DNA of 64,000 nucleotides from Candidatus Eiseniibacteriota bacterium (GCA_963744995.1 CAVUWA010000002.1:1-64000); one strand, 5' to 3'. Counted from the stretch's first letter, positions 1 through 12,977 are shown. Translations and numbers: made by a program. The notes: a model not told the origin generated them from the sequence alone.

Positions 1-17
1 GGTAAGCCCGTCGCCCC

Positions 18-686
18 TCAACGGTAGATGAGCTTCAGTCGCCCCCACGAGTCCATGTGCGCCGGCGTCAATCCGATCGGCTCGATGTGAACGAAGTCGA
101 CCTCGGAAGTCGTCCACGGGCAGTAGCTGTAGGGCGGATGGCCGAGGAAGATTCCCACGGGACGGTAGGCGCTGGCGCCGCTGCCGCGCAGGACGTTATC
201 GACGTACAGCTCGTAGGTGCCCCCGACGTAGTCCCACTCGAAGACGTGGTAGTTGGTCTCCGGTGCGTTGGCGAGGAAGACGGTTCCTCCGTCGCCGTAG
301 TAGGCGCGGAAGCCTCCGCAGCAGAAGTCCTGCCAGACACCGAATGCCCTCAGCGGGTAGGGGTTGTTCCAGGTGCCCGTGGCACCGAACCCGTTTCCCC
401 CTTGCGCAGGGTCGGGGTAGCGAAAGCCGACACGAACCAGGAAGTCTCCGGTTGCAGGGAACGGGTCGACCTTGCTCGTGAGGTATGGGAACTGCTCGCC
501 GCAACCGGCAGACAACGTCGCGAACCCACCTGCGACAGATACGGTCCCGCCTCCGCCGACGTTCCACTTGCTGAGATCGAGAGACGTTCCGTCGAAGTCG
601 TCGTGAAACACCTGGGCGTGAGCGGAGCGGATCGGCAGGAAGATCGGGAGCAACGCGAGCAGTGCGATGGCTGGGCGAATTCGCAT
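18..686 (-). CDS. Secreted protein, probable ConA/LamG-like beta-sandwich, with C-terminal SWGRLKLIYR motif
   Basis: ATG at 686 with GGAGG RBS; signal peptide MRIRPAIALLALLPIFLPIRSAHA; FHDDFDG..LDLSKW mature start; terminal WGxLK motif. Confidence 0.8.
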   Translation of the reverse strand: MRIRPAIALLALLPIFLPIRSAHAQVFHDDFDGTSLDLSKWNVGGGGTVSVAGGFATLSAGCGEQFPYLTSKVDPFPATGDFLVRVGFRYPDPAQGGNGFGATGTWNNPYPLRAFGVWQDFCCGGFRAYYGDGGTVFLANAPETNYHVFEWDYVGGTYELYVDNVLRGSGASAYRPVGIFLGHPPYSYCPWTTSEVDFVHIEPIGLTPAHMDSWGRLKLIYR

Positions 687-989
687 GGTGGCCTCCCTGG
701 CGCGAGTGCATTGCGTGAGTCGCGAGCATCCTTCCAAACAGACCTGATACTACGCGGCGGGCGAGCCAACTGAAGCATCTTCAATTCCGGGTCGTGCAGC
801 GCCACGCAGCCGAAGATCAGTGAGACTGAACTTCTGGCAGCGTCGAAGAACCGGGCCCGGCGCACCGCCGCCACCCGTCGGCGTGGCTGACGGTTCTTAC
901 GAGTCGTCTGCCGCGCCGAGGACCTTCGGGCTGGGTCAGAGCCCCACAAGCTGAATCTACCCAAGCGATACAGTGATCGCATGGCCCTC

Positions 990-1004
990 CGGCACGCCTC
1001 CTGC
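990..1004 (+). promoter_or_regulatory. Putative sigma54 -24/-12 promoter
   Basis: CGGCAC-GCCTC-CTGC (GG-N10-GC), 70 nt upstream of ATG 1075; same motif precedes three other secreted-protein genes. Confidence 0.55.
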
Positions 1005-1074
1005 CATTGCATCTCTGTTCGCTCGCGTACCAAGGAAGATTTCGCACCCGCCGATCCCGGCAGGAGGCCGTGCC

Positions 1075-3968
1075 ATGGGGATCCAGCGCTACACCCTGCT
1101 CAGTTGCCTCGCGTTTGCGTTGCTGTCGTGGCCCGCTTCGGTTGCCGCTCAGACGGAGATCCCCGGCGCGCCTTCGCTGTTTCGCTCACCATCCATCGGC
1201 GCCAACCACTCCGTCACCGGAATATTCGATCCCGGCCCGCGACCACCCGGAAGTTCGCCGGCTTTCGAGCTCGACGAGCGGTACCCGCTGAGCACGCCTG
1301 CGTCGAAGATCGCGGCGGGCGATCTGGATCAGGACGGAGACGTCGACCTGATCGTCTCGATGGGTGGGTCCGTTGCGGTGCTCCTCCGCGAGGCCCATGG
1401 TTTTGCCCCGCCGATCGAGATGCCGCTCAGCGTGAATCCGAACACATTGGCCGTGGCGGATGTCGACGGCGATGGGCAGCCGGAGGTTCTCGCGGCAGCC
1501 GGGCAGGCAGGCACGCTGAGTCAGTTCGACTGGACCGGCGGGACGCTCGCCCTCAAGCGCAGTCAACAACTCGGCGCCGAAGTCAGCGCCGGCATTTTCG
1601 ACGTCACCGTCTTCGATGCGGATCGCGATGGCGACCCCGACCTCGCGCTGGCAAACACCGACAGCAACACGGTCGTGGTCTTGTTGAACAACGGGGCCGG
1701 AAGCTTCGATGCCGCGCAGATTCTCCACAGGGGGCCTGCCGACGGGCCGCCGCACCTGACCGCCCACGTCGATGCCGGCGACATGAACGGCGACGGCATC
1801 CCCGATCTCGTGGCTGTCTCGTCCCGCGAGATCGAGATCGCCGTGTTTCCCGGGCTCGGGAACGGGGCCTTCTCCAATACCCCGCTCACCGTGATCCCAA
1901 CCATCTTCCCGGCCGACCTGGCGCTCGGGGACGTGGATGGCGACGGAGACCTCGACGTCGCAATTACGGCGGAGAGGTTGATCGGAATCGAGATCAACGA
2001 CGGCACCGGGCACCTGGCGTGGTTCAAGAGTTTCGACGCGCGCTACACCTACGTCTATTGCGTCGCGTTCGCCGACCTCGACGGCGACGGCCGGCAGGAG
2101 TTGCTGGCGACGAACTTCGCGGAGCGGTCGTACGAGGGAAATCGTGTTTCCGTATATCGCGATGGGCTCACGGGCGAGGTTCCGCCCAGTCGCGACTACA
2201 TGACCGATCTCGGCCCGCGCGCGCTCGTCGCGGCCGATCTCAACGGCGACGGCCTCGAGGATGTCGCCACCATCAACGCCGGTACGTACATGGGACCCGG
2301 CGCCCCCACGACGGGCAGCATCTCCGTGCTCTACAACCGCGGCGGCGGCGTGCTCCGCAGCGGGACGGATATCCTCATTCCCGGAACAGGGCAGTACAGC
2401 GACACACGCGATCGCTGGCTGCTGGATATCCACGCCCTGGATGTGGGCGGGCAGCCCGGTCTGCTCGTTGCGGAGGGCCGCAACACCTACCTCATGCGAA
2501 AGCAGGGCGACACGTTTGCGCAGCCGGAGTTCGTCGCAGAGGGGCTGATGACCGCGGTGCGAGACTTCGACGACGATGGTCACGAGGACATCTTCGCGCT
2601 GGTCGGTATAGGCACCTACGAAATACAGCTCGGCGACGGGCAGGGCGGATTCCACCCTGCGAGCCGATTCACGCTCATCCCCGCGCCGTCATTCGCGGAC
2701 ATCGACGGCGACGGGCTGCCAGACATGCTGCTGTCGACGCCGGAAGGGCGCGCGATTCGCTGGAACCTCGGGGGCGGCCAGTTTGCCGCCGCGGAGCCGT
2801 TCGTCGGGCTGCCCTACGGGGTGGGCGAGGATCTCGACGGTGAACGTGGCGCCGAGATGATCGATTTCCGCAATGGCCCGGGCCGCGCGGATACCGTGGA
2901 GATCTGGAGGAACGAGAAAGGTCGGAGGTTCGCGGACCCGGTGCGGATTGGGCTGCTGTCCGACGGATCGAACGAGGGGCTCGATGAAATTCCAATGAGC
3001 CTGAAGGTGGCCGACTGCAACGGTGACGGCAAGATGGACATCATCGTCATGGGGGCGGCCCTTTTCGGTCCTGGCTACGTCGCGGCGGTCATCCAGGGCG
3101 AGGGCTTCACGTGGACCGCCATGCCGTCCGTGTACGGCGGCCAGGAGCCGACCGGGTGGGTGGTCGAGGACTTCGACCTCGAGGGCTTCCCCGATGTGGC
3201 AATTGCCGAAGCGAATACAGAGGACCCCGGGCGGACGAGGATCCTGCGGGGCGTCGGCGACGGGACCTTCGAAGATGCCGGCATTTACTACCCCGGCGAC
3301 TATCCAATCGGCATCACAACCGGCGACTTCAATGGCGACGGCCGTCCGGATCTCGCCGTGGCATGTCTGCGCCACGGCGCCGTTGCGCTGCACATGAACG
3401 TGAGCCGCACGCCGGAGCCGCGGCATGTGGTCGCTATCGTCGAACGTGCGGAGGTCGAGGACGGGCGCCGTGCATATCGAGTGGTCGGCGCCGAGCGTTC
3501 TCGATGCGCGGGTCGAGAGGGCGGAGCAGGGGCACCACTGGGTGGAGGTTGGGCGCCGCGCAGGTGCTGCCTTCGGGATGGCTGGCGGTGGATGACCCGA
3601 ACGTCGAGGCCGGGCGGCGGTACGGATATCGGCTGGTGGCGGCGGAGCCGGGGGTTGTGATCGATGGGAGTGAGGCGTGGGTGAAGTTGATGCCGCGGGG
3701 CGGGGTGAAAGTGATGGAAGCTGCGCGTACCGGTGCGACCGGGCTCTCGCTGCTGCTGGATGCTGGTTCTTCATATCTGGGCAGCGTGTCGATCGACATC
3801 TTCGACGTCGCTGGACGGCATGTTGCCTCCAGAGACGGTCTCCGGCTTGCCTCTGGAATTCAACCTGTGCTGGTGCCGAGCGAACGCGCACTGAGCCAGG
3901 GGATCTACTGGGCTAGGGTCAGAACTCAACACGCCGCCACCGCAAGCAGGATCGTGGTTCTCCAATGA
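1075..3968 (+). CDS. Secreted FG-GAP/VCBS repeat protein with C-terminal FlgD-Ig/T9SS-like domain (frameshifted near 3470-3540)
   Basis: GGAGG RBS, signal peptide, many DxDGDGxxD repeats; C-terminus continues in the 3111..3968 frame (GRRYGYRL...IFDVAGRHV...GIYWARV...RIVVLQ). Confidence 0.85.
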
Positions 3969-4484
3969 CCATTGCGACCCCCGAGGACATCGATGCCCTC
4001 GTCATGGGGGCGCTCGACGCATTCCTTGAAGAGATCCGCCGCAACGACTGGCACGGTCGTGAACGTGAGGCCGTGAGCCTCTTCGCGTTCGGCGCCCTGG
4101 CCGGACAGTGCCGGGCTGGCTCGTGGCTATTCGACCAGCGACAAATCGGAATCGAGGTCGCGGTGCCCCAAGTGCCGGGAAGAACCGCAAGCGGGTCGTC
4201 TGCAAGGATCTGGTGATCTGGCCCGCGCCAGGACTGACCACCTGGATGACGGACCAGGATCCCGTGACCGTTCTCGAGTGGAAGACTGGAGGCTGGAGGC
4301 GGACCGCCTTGACCTCGAATGGCTGCGGATGTTTTCGAGGGGGCGGAAGCGTTTCGTTGGTTATGCAGTGGCGCTGGGCCCGGAGATGAAGACGCTGTCG
4401 GTTGGCCGCGCTGCCCGCGGTCGTGCTGAAAGGACATGGCGCCAGCTGGCGTTGCATGACAACGGTGGCAGGAGGCGTCGATGA
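3965..4484 (+). CDS. Small PD-(D/E)XK-like nuclease-fold protein (two apparent frameshifts)
   Basis: ATGA overlap with upstream stop; three frames stitch to EREAVS...IGIEVAV...CKDLVIW...VLEWK...DLEWL..GYAVAL. Confidence 0.5.
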
Positions 4485-4742
4485 GAGAGCTGGAGCGAGT
4501 GGCGAGAGTTCCCGGACCCAGACGCGGGCGGCCATCTCGTGGCGCCAATTGGGCCCGGCGTCTACGAACTCCGGAATCGAGCCACAGGAGAAAAGGTCCT
4601 TGTCGGGGGGCGGCTTACTTCGAGCGGGAACTCCTGATTCAGGGCGGTTACCTCTTCAGCAGGTGCCCCACGCGCTACGCCGAACTCCATCACGCGATCC
4701 GGGTCACGCCGGTTTGTCTACTGGACAACGGGAGACGTGCTC

Positions 4743-4934
4743 ATGGGCTACGCGGAAATCCTTCTCATCTTGTTCGGTCCAGTCATCCTCATCTACATTG
4801 TGGCAGTCCTTTTCATGGAGCATCGTGAGAGCGGGAAGTCCGTTCCCAAAGCGCTCCTTCTTGCCTTGGTGGGGCTGGTAATGATGCTCCTGATTGCCGC
4901 CGGCGGTTCAGATTGGCCGCCACTCAGGCCGTAG
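4743..4934 (+). CDS. Small two-TM membrane protein
   Basis: GGGAG RBS; two hydrophobic stretches. Confidence 0.55.
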   Translation: MGYAEILLILFGPVILIYIVAVLFMEHRESGKSVPKALLLALVGLVMMLLIAAGGSDWPPLRP

Positions 4935-4991
4935 GCGGGCGGTCCACCGCATGATCAATGCCGGGCCTTGGTCCGGAGAATGGTGAGGGCC

Positions 4992-6983
4992 ATGGACTCG
5001 ACCCAACTCAACTGGATCGCCAACTTCATCTGGGGCATCGCCGACGACGTGCTGCGCGACCTCTACGTCCGCGGCAAGTACCGCGACGTCATCCTGCCGA
5101 TGACCGTCCTGCGCCGCCTCGACGCCGTGCTCGAGCCGACCAAGCAGGCCGTGCTCGACATGAAGGCGGCGCTCGACAAGGCGGAGATCGTCCAACCAGG
5201 ACGCAGGCGCTGCGCCAGGCGGCCGGCCAGGCCTTCTACAACACCTCGAAGTTCACGCTGCGCGACCTCAGGGCCCGCGCCAGCCAGCAGCAGCTCAAGG
5301 CCGACTTCGAGGCCTACCTCGACGGCTTCTCGCCGAACGTGCAGGACATCCTCGAGAACTTCGAGTTCCGCAACCAGATCCCGCGGCTCTCCAAGGCCGA
5401 CGCGCTCGGGCACGCTGATCGAGAAGTTCTCTCGACCCGGACATCAACCTCAGCCCGAACCCCGTGCTGAACGGCGACGGCTCGGTGAAGCATCCCGGGC
5501 CTCGACAACCACGCGCATGGGCACGATCTTCGAGGAGCTGGTCCGCCGCTTCAACGAGGAGAACAACGAGGAGGCGGGCGAGCACTGGACGCCGCGCGAC
5601 GCCGTGAAGCTCATGGCGAAGCTGATCTTCCTGCCCGATCGCCGACGAGATCGAGTCCGGCACCTATCTGCTCTACGACGGCGCCTGCGGCACCGGCGGC
5701 ATGCTGACGGTCGCCGAGGAGACGCTGCAGGAGCTGGCGGCGGAGCACGGCAAGCAGGTGGCCACCCACCTCTACGGCCAGGAGATCAACGCCGAGACCT
5801 ACGCCATCTGCAAGGCCGACCTGCTGCTCAAGGGCGAAGGCGACGCGGCGGACAACATCGTCGGCGGTCCGGAGCACTCGACGCTCTCCAACGACGCGTT
5901 CCCGTCGCGCGAGTTCGACTTCATGCTCTCCAATCCGCCCTACGGCAAGAGCTGGAAGAGCGACCTCGAGCGCATGGGCGGCAAGAACGGCATCAAGGAC
6001 CCGCGTTTCGTCGATCGAGCACGCCGGCGACCCCGAGTACTCGCTCATCACCCGCTCGAGCGACGGCCAGATGCTGTTCCTGGCCAACATGCTCTAGCAA
6101 GATGAAGCACGGCACGCAAGCTCGGCAGCCGCATCGCCGAGGTGCACAACGGCTGCTCGCTCTTCACCGGCGACGCCGGCCAGGGCGAGAGCAACATCCG
6201 CCGCTGGATCATCGAGAACGACTGGCTCGAGGCCATCGTCGCCCTGCCGCTCAACATGTTCTACAACACCGGCATCGCGACCTACATCTGGGTGCTCACC
6301 AACCGCAAGCCCGAGCACCGCAAGGGCAAGGTGCAGCTCATCGACGCGACGCAGTGGTTCAAGCCGCTGCGCAAGAACCTCGGCAAGAAGAACTGCGAGC
6401 TGTCGGACGGAGGACATCCAGCGCATCTGCGACACCTTCCTCGCCTTCGAGGAGACCGAGCAGTCGAAGATCTTCCCCAACGCCGCCTTCGGCTACTGGA
6501 AGGTGACGGTCGAGCGGCCGCTGCGGCTCAAGGGCATCGACCCCGAGCGCGCCTACACCGCCGAAGGAGATCAAGGCGCTGAAGGAGACCGCCGAGCGCG
6601 CCGACGACGCGCCGCCGGTCATCAAGAAGATCCACAAGAAGGGCACCGCAGCCGACCCGCTGCGCGGCCTCTTCGCGACCACCATCGGCGGCAAGCCCGC
6701 CGTCGTCGAGTACGAGCCCGACACCGACCTGCGCGACACCGAGCAGGTGCCGCTGCTCGAAGACGGCGGCATCGAGGCCTTCCTCCGCCGCGAGGTGCTG
6801 CCGCATGCGGCCGACGCCTGGTACGTCGCCGGACAGCGTCAAGATCGGCTACGAAATCAGCTTCACCCGCTACTTCTACAAGCCGCAGCCGCTGCGGACG
6901 CTGGAGGAGATCGGGCCGACATCCTGGCGCTGGAGAAGGAGACCGAGGGGCTGCTTGAAGACGATCTATCGGGAGGCCACTGA
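4992..6983 (+). CDS. hsdM: Type I RM methyltransferase subunit M (about ten apparent indels)
   Basis: [50 protein letters not shown] motifs distributed over successive frames. Confidence 0.95.
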
Positions 6984-6985
6984 GC

Positions 6986-8790
6986 ATGGCCACCCAACGC
7001 TACTCCGTCACCCCCCATCCGATCGAAACCCTGCTCACCTGGGTGAAGTCCGGCGAGATCGCCATCCCCGAGATCCAGCGCCCCTTCGTCTGGGATGCGA
7101 CCAAGGTCCGCAACCTGCTGGACTCGCTCTACAGGGCTATCCGGTCGGCTACCTGATCGCCTGGCGCAACCCCACCGTCAAGCTGAAGGACGGCACCCCG
7201 TCGGCGGGCAAGCGCATCCTGATCGACGGCCAGCAGCGGGTCACCGCGCTGATGGCGGCGCTGCTCGGCCAGGAGGTGCTGACCAAGGACTACGAGACCG
7301 TGCGCATCCGCATCGCGTTCCACCCGGTCGAGGAGCGCTTCGAGGTCTCGCAACCCGGCCATCCAGAAGGACGCGCCTGGATCCCCGACGTGGCGACAGC
7401 TCTTCGCGCCCGACGCCAGCCTGACCGAGCTCACCGACGAGCTACGCGGCAAGAATCCCGAGGCCGATCAGGACCGGCTTTCGCATGGTGCTCGAGAAGG
7501 TCGCGCAAGATCATCAACAACCACGTCGGCCTCATCGAGCTGGCCGAAGACCTCGACATCGAGACCGTCACCGAGATCTTCATCCGCGTGAATTCGGCCG
7601 GCGCCGAGCTCTCGCCAGGCCGACTTCGCCATGTCGAAGATCGCCGCCAACGAGACCTATGGCGGCAACTGCTGCGCAAGGCGATCGACTATTTCTGCCA
7701 CCTTGCCGTCGCGCCGGAGTTCCTGCCCAAGCATCGAGAAGGGCGACAGGCCTTCGCCGCGTCCGAGTTCTTGCCGAAGATGCGCTGGCTGAAGGACGTC
7801 AACGACGACCTCTACGACCCGACCTACACCGACATGCTGCGCGTGGCGTTCACGTCGGAGTTCGGCCGCGGCAAGCTGCAGGACTGGTGGCGCTGCTCTC
7901 GGGCCGCAACTTCGAGACCAAGCAGTACGAGGAAGCGATCGCCGAGGAGTCCTTCGGCAAGCTGAAGGCCGGCGTCCTCGAACTTCATCAACAAGACCCA
8001 CTTCGACCGGCTGACGATGATCCTGCGCTCGGCCGGGTTCGTGACCTCCGACCTGATCCGCAGCCAGAACGCCGTCAACTTCGCCTACATCCTCTACCTG
8101 CGCGGCCGCGCCGAAGGGCTGCCCGCCGCCGACATCGAGCGTCTGGTCCGGCGCTGGTACGCCATGTCGCTCCTGCGCGGGCGCTACTCCGGCAGCCCCG
8201 AGACGGCCTTCGACTTCGACATCCGCCAGATCGAGAGCCAGCGGCCTGGCTGCCTACACCGATGCGGTGATCGAGAACGAACTGCCGGAAAGCTTCTGGA
8301 CCGGCATGCTGCCGCAGCTGATGGACACCTCGTCCGTCCACGAGCCCCTACTTCCTCGTCTACCAGGCGGCGCAGGTGAAGCTCGGCGACAAGGGCTTCC
8401 TGTCGCGCGACATCACGGTGCGCGACCTGCTGCTGAACCGCAGCGACGTGCACCACGTCTTCCCGCGCAAGCACCTCAAGGGCCAGGGCCTCACCCGCGG
8501 CCGCTACAACCAGATCGCCAACTTCGTCCTCGCCCAAAGCGAGATCAACATCGCCATCGGCGACAAGGCGCCCGAGAGGTACTTCGGCGAGCTGGCCGAG
8601 CAGTGCAACGGCGGCAGCCAAGAGGTACGGCGGCATCACCGACGCCGAGGAGATGCGCGCACAACCTCGCGCAGAACTGCCTGCCCGAGTGCCTGCTCGA
8701 CGGCGAGATCCCGACCTACGACGACTTCCTCGCCGAGCGCCGCAAGCTGATGGCGCTGAGGATCAAGAGTGGTTCGAGGTGCTGTCGTGA
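6986..8790 (+). CDS. GmrSD-like DUF262 restriction endonuclease domain protein (multiple indels)
   Basis: [25 protein letters not shown] (DUF262) and C-terminal DVHHVFP...NQIANF (DUF1524/HNH-like). Confidence 0.9.
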
Positions 8791-8843
8791 TCGACGGCCT
8801 CAAGCGCTCTCGGAGCAATTTGTTAGACAAAGGGGCCCTACGC

Positions 8844-11441
8844 ATGGCGCTAGAGGAGCTCATCGTCGCCTGGAGCAAGGAGCGCCCTGCATGGCAACGA
8901 GAAGTCATGCGTCGGGTGGCGGCCGGTGAGACGTTCTCCGACGAGGAGTACGACCGGCTGGTTGAAGTCATCGTGGAGGCGAAGGAACTCCCGGCGGCCG
9001 AGTTCGGACTCGAGCAGTTACCACAGGCAGAGGCTGAAGACCTTCCCGTCTGCCTCGTGGCAATCGAGAAGCCTGAACACGTAAACGCATTGGAATCCAA
9101 GGAGCCTCTGACCTTCGAGCCGCGAGGCTTGACGATCGTGTACGGCGACAATGGGAGCGGAAAATCAGGCTACGCGAGGCTGCTGAAGCGCATCACGCGG
9201 GCTCGTCACCGGGAGGACGTCCTGACGGACGTCTTCCGCGATACCTCATTGGCACAACCTACCGCTGCGCTTTCCGTCCGGATCGGTGACGCCCAGGAGT
9301 CCCTTGCTTGGCCGGAGTCCTCCCGTCCTGAGCTGCAGCGCATGCTCTTCTATGACGCCGCCTGTGGTAGTGCCTACATTGCGAGTGAGTCGGATTTCCC
9401 GTACCGCCCCTCCGCCCTCTTTGTCATGGACGGACTGATTGAGGCCTGCGTGGCGGTCCGCGCGCGCCTTGATACCAAGCTCGCGGAGAACGGCGCTTCA
9501 GCCAACCCGTTGCCTGCCGTCCCCGACCAAATGCGAGAGAGCGACGCCGGCCGGTTCCTGTCTTCCCTCTCGGCGAGCTCCTCGGTCGAGAAGCTCGACG
9601 CAGCTGATCGAGAGGTTCGACACCGCCAAGGAGACGATCGAGGAACTCAAGGACCAGGAAGCGCGCCTGCGCAGCGCTGACACGACCAAGGCCCGTCAGC
9701 AACTCACCCGGCAGCGCGAGAAGCTCGTGGCGCTGCGCAACCACATAGAGAGCCTTGACGCGGCGATGGGCAGCGTGGCTCTGGCTGAGCTTCAACGACA
9801 CCAGGCCGAGGTCAAGACTCTCGAAGAGGCGGCAGCCCTGCTTGCCCGGTCCTTCGAATCGGAGCCCCTGCCGGGCGTTGGAAGCAGTCCCTGGAAGGCC
9901 TTGTGGGAAGCCGCCCAACGCTTCTCGGAGGAGCACGCCTACCCGGACGAGCACTTCCCGTTCCTGGGGGATGAGTGCCGGTGCGTGCTGTGCCAGCAGC
10001 CGCTGGAGGAAGAGAGTCGAGATCGGCTTCGTTCGCTTCGACGAGTTCGTCCGAAACGACACCCAAGTCCGACTGCAGAAGTGCGAAGCGCGCCTATGAG
10101 CAGAAGGGTCAAGCCCTCCGCGAGCTGACGGTCTCGCCGGAGGTCGTCGCGAACAACCTGGAGGATCTGGAAGACACGAATCGCGATGTCGTCGCTGAGG
10201 TACGCCAGCTCCTATCGGAGTACGAGGCTGCAAGCGAACGCGTTCGCGAGGCACTGGCCAACGAGCAAGCGGTTCCCCAGATCGCAATCGACCACGCGCC
10301 AGGTCGTCACCCGTCTGACGGAGGCCAGCGAGGCCGCTAGAGGCAGCGGCGGAAGAGCTTGCGAAGCCCGGAGGGTATTCAGAAGCAACTTGAGGCCATC
10401 ACAGCGAGGCGCGCGGAACTCGAGCTGCTGGCTCAGCTCAAGACCTCGCGACCGGCCGTCGTCAAGGAGATCGCGCGGTTGAAGGAGCGCGATGCGCTGG
10501 AAGCTGCCAAGACCGCTGCGGCGACGACCGGTATTACGAAGAAGATCCTCGAGCTCTCCGAGGAGAGCATCACCGAGGTCGTCCGTGACACCTTCACGCG
10601 GGAGACGGATAGGCTTCGGCTCGAACGGGTGACGATCGCCCGTACTCGTGCGGACAAGGGAGCTCTCCTTCATCAGCCGAAGCTCGTCGGGGCGCGCCAG
10701 CAAGTCACAGTGCCACGAGTGCTCAGCGAAGGGGAACGGACCGCGCTGGGGCTGGCGGCATTCTTCACCGAGGCGCACCTCGACCGCTCGAACTCGGCGC
10801 TCATTCTGGACGACCCCGTGTCCTCCCTCGATCATATCCGCCGCGGCCTCGTTGCGACTCGGCTCGCGGCACTCGCTGAGAATCGCCAGGTCATTCTGTT
10901 CACCCACGACGTGGCCTTCGTCGCAGATCTGAAGCGCGAGGCCGGAGCGAGGGGTGTACCGGTCGCTGAGCGGTCGGTGATGAGGAGCCGGGCGGACGAG
11001 CGAAAGCCGGGTGCTTGCATGACGACGCACCCCTGGAAGGCAAAGGACGTCCCCGCTCGCCTTGATGAGCTTCGGCAGGAACTCGGCCGGATGAGGAGAG
11101 AGTGCAGCACTTGGGACGACAAGCAGTTCGAGGACGCCGTGGCCGTCTGGGCCGGCAACCTGTCGGAAACCTGGGAGCGCATATTCAGCCAGGAGGTCGT
11201 CGGACCTGTCTTGGCGGAAGGCGGCCTCGAAGTGCGTCCGAAGATGGTAAAGATCCTGGCCCGTTTCTCAGATCAGGACCACCAAGAGTTTGACGGTAGC
11301 TATGGCCGGGTGTCGCAGTGGGCGAAACGGCACGACAAGAGCGCCGCCGTCAACTACGTCGCCCCCGACCTGGACACGCTCGAGGAAGAGCTGCGGGTGG
11401 TCGAGAGCTGGTTCAAGCGCGTCAAGGGATACAAGGCATGA
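8844..11441 (+). CDS. Rad50/SMC-like ABC ATPase with zinc hook, RloC/AAA_13-like (several indels)
   Basis: Walker A GDNGSGKS, coiled coil with CVLCQQP hook, signature LSEGE, Walker [13 protein letters not shown]-loop FTHD, helical C-terminal domain. Confidence 0.85.
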
Positions 11442-12977
11442 TTGCCGACCTCGAAGCCCTATCCCGCGATGAAGGACTCCGGCGTGCCGTGGCTGGGGGA
11501 GGTGCCGGAGCATTGGGAGATGCAGCGGCGAATCGGCTAGTCCGCCAGCATGATGGTCCAGTGAGCGGACCGGCCAGAAGAGCTGCTGACGGTGCCACGA
11601 TCCCGTGTGATTCGCAGCGAGCGACTTGCTCGACGGCAAGTCACATCGACAGCTCCGAACTGGACAGGTCGGTCTCCAAGGTCGTCCGGCAAGGTGACCT
11701 CGTCTATCCAACAGGATGCGTGCTTGGCACGGTGCGGTTGGAGTATGCCGAGCTACGCGCGATCGTCGAGACGCCCGCGTATGTCGTACCAGCGTTCGTT
11801 CGAATGCGTGCCCGACCGCGACTCTAGCATCCGACTCTGTCTACGGCTCACGCGGCGTATCCGAAGGAAGCTGAGCGACTGCTCCCACAGGGTCATTCGG
11901 ACATGTGGACCTCTCGGCACGAGACTTCGAGCTGATCTGACTCGTGCCTCCCACCCCTCCCCGAACAAGCCGCCATCGTCCGCTTCCTCGACCACGCGGA
12001 CCGGCGGATTCGGCGGTACATCCGCGCCAAGCAGAAGCTGATCAAGCTGCTGGAGGAGCAGAAGCAGGCCATCATCCACCGCGCCGTCACCCGCGGCCTC
12101 GACCCCAACGTCCGCCTCAAGCCCTCCGGCGTGGAGTGGCTGGGGGATGTGCCGGAGCATTGGGAGGTGCTCAAGCCGGTCCGCAAGTAACGTTGGTCGT
12201 CATTCGACCAGCGCGGCTCTACGTATCGGTGTCCGTGCATTCGATCGCTGCATCTCAAGCGGCGTGATGACGACCGCAAATTGGTGTCATCGCCGAGAGT
12301 AATAGCGCGACGGAAGTCCCAGGTTTCAGCGCGACATGCAGTCGAACGGCCAGCCGGAGTAGCCGCGATCGTACTCCGAAGTTCATGGAGCACTGCATGA
12401 CTGCTGATCGTCCGCTCGCAGATCGGCTCGACAGCCGCTACCTGCTGACTTTCTGCACTCATGGGCGGCAAGGACAGACGTCGAGTACCGTCGCGGCGCG
12501 TTCAGGCCCACTCAACACGGGGACGCTGGCGAATCTCGCTGACCGTGCCGCGGTTGCAGACCAGAAGCCATCCTCGCGGCACTTCGAGCGCGATTCTCTC
12601 GCGATTGCGCATGAAGTCCCGATTCACGTAAGGCAGCAGTACTCGCGGGATCTGAATATCGCGATCGGTACTGAGTAGAGATCGTCGTGCCACCCGCTGA
12701 GCGAGCAGGCGCGATCGTCGACTGCCATCGAAGACAGACTGCGGCTATTGACACGCGCCACGATCGAGCCCAGCGCGAAATCGACCTCCTCCGCGAGTAC
12801 CGCACCCGCCTGATCGCCGACGTGGTCACCGGCAAGCTCGACGTGCGCGAGGCGGCGGCGCGGCTGCCGGACGAGGTCGAGGAGCCCGAGCCGCTCGACG
12901 AGATCGAGGCCGAGGGCGACACCGACGAAGCAGGCGCTGACGACACCGACGAGGTGCCGGAGGAGGCCGAGGCATGA
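11438..12977 (+). pseudogene. hsdS: Type I RM specificity subunit S; conserved regions readable, TRDs not translatable as assembled
   Basis: (K)[111 protein letters not shown] overlaps at both ends. Confidence 0.9.
11477..12166 (+). repeat. 43-bp direct repeat in hsdS (11477-11519 and 12124-12166), 40/43 identical
   Basis: ctccggcgtg(ccg/gag)tggctggggga(g/t)gtgccggagcattgggag precedes each TRD. Confidence 0.9.

Noticed and set aside
4481..4828. 115-aa ORF between the nuclease-like gene and the small membrane gene
   Set aside because: No recognisable motif and overlaps the next gene; cannot be supported
6094..6096. TAG within hsdM as a possible recoded stop
   Set aside because: Removing one T restores ATG CTC AGC AAG ATG; it is one of many indels rather than pyrrolysine or read-through
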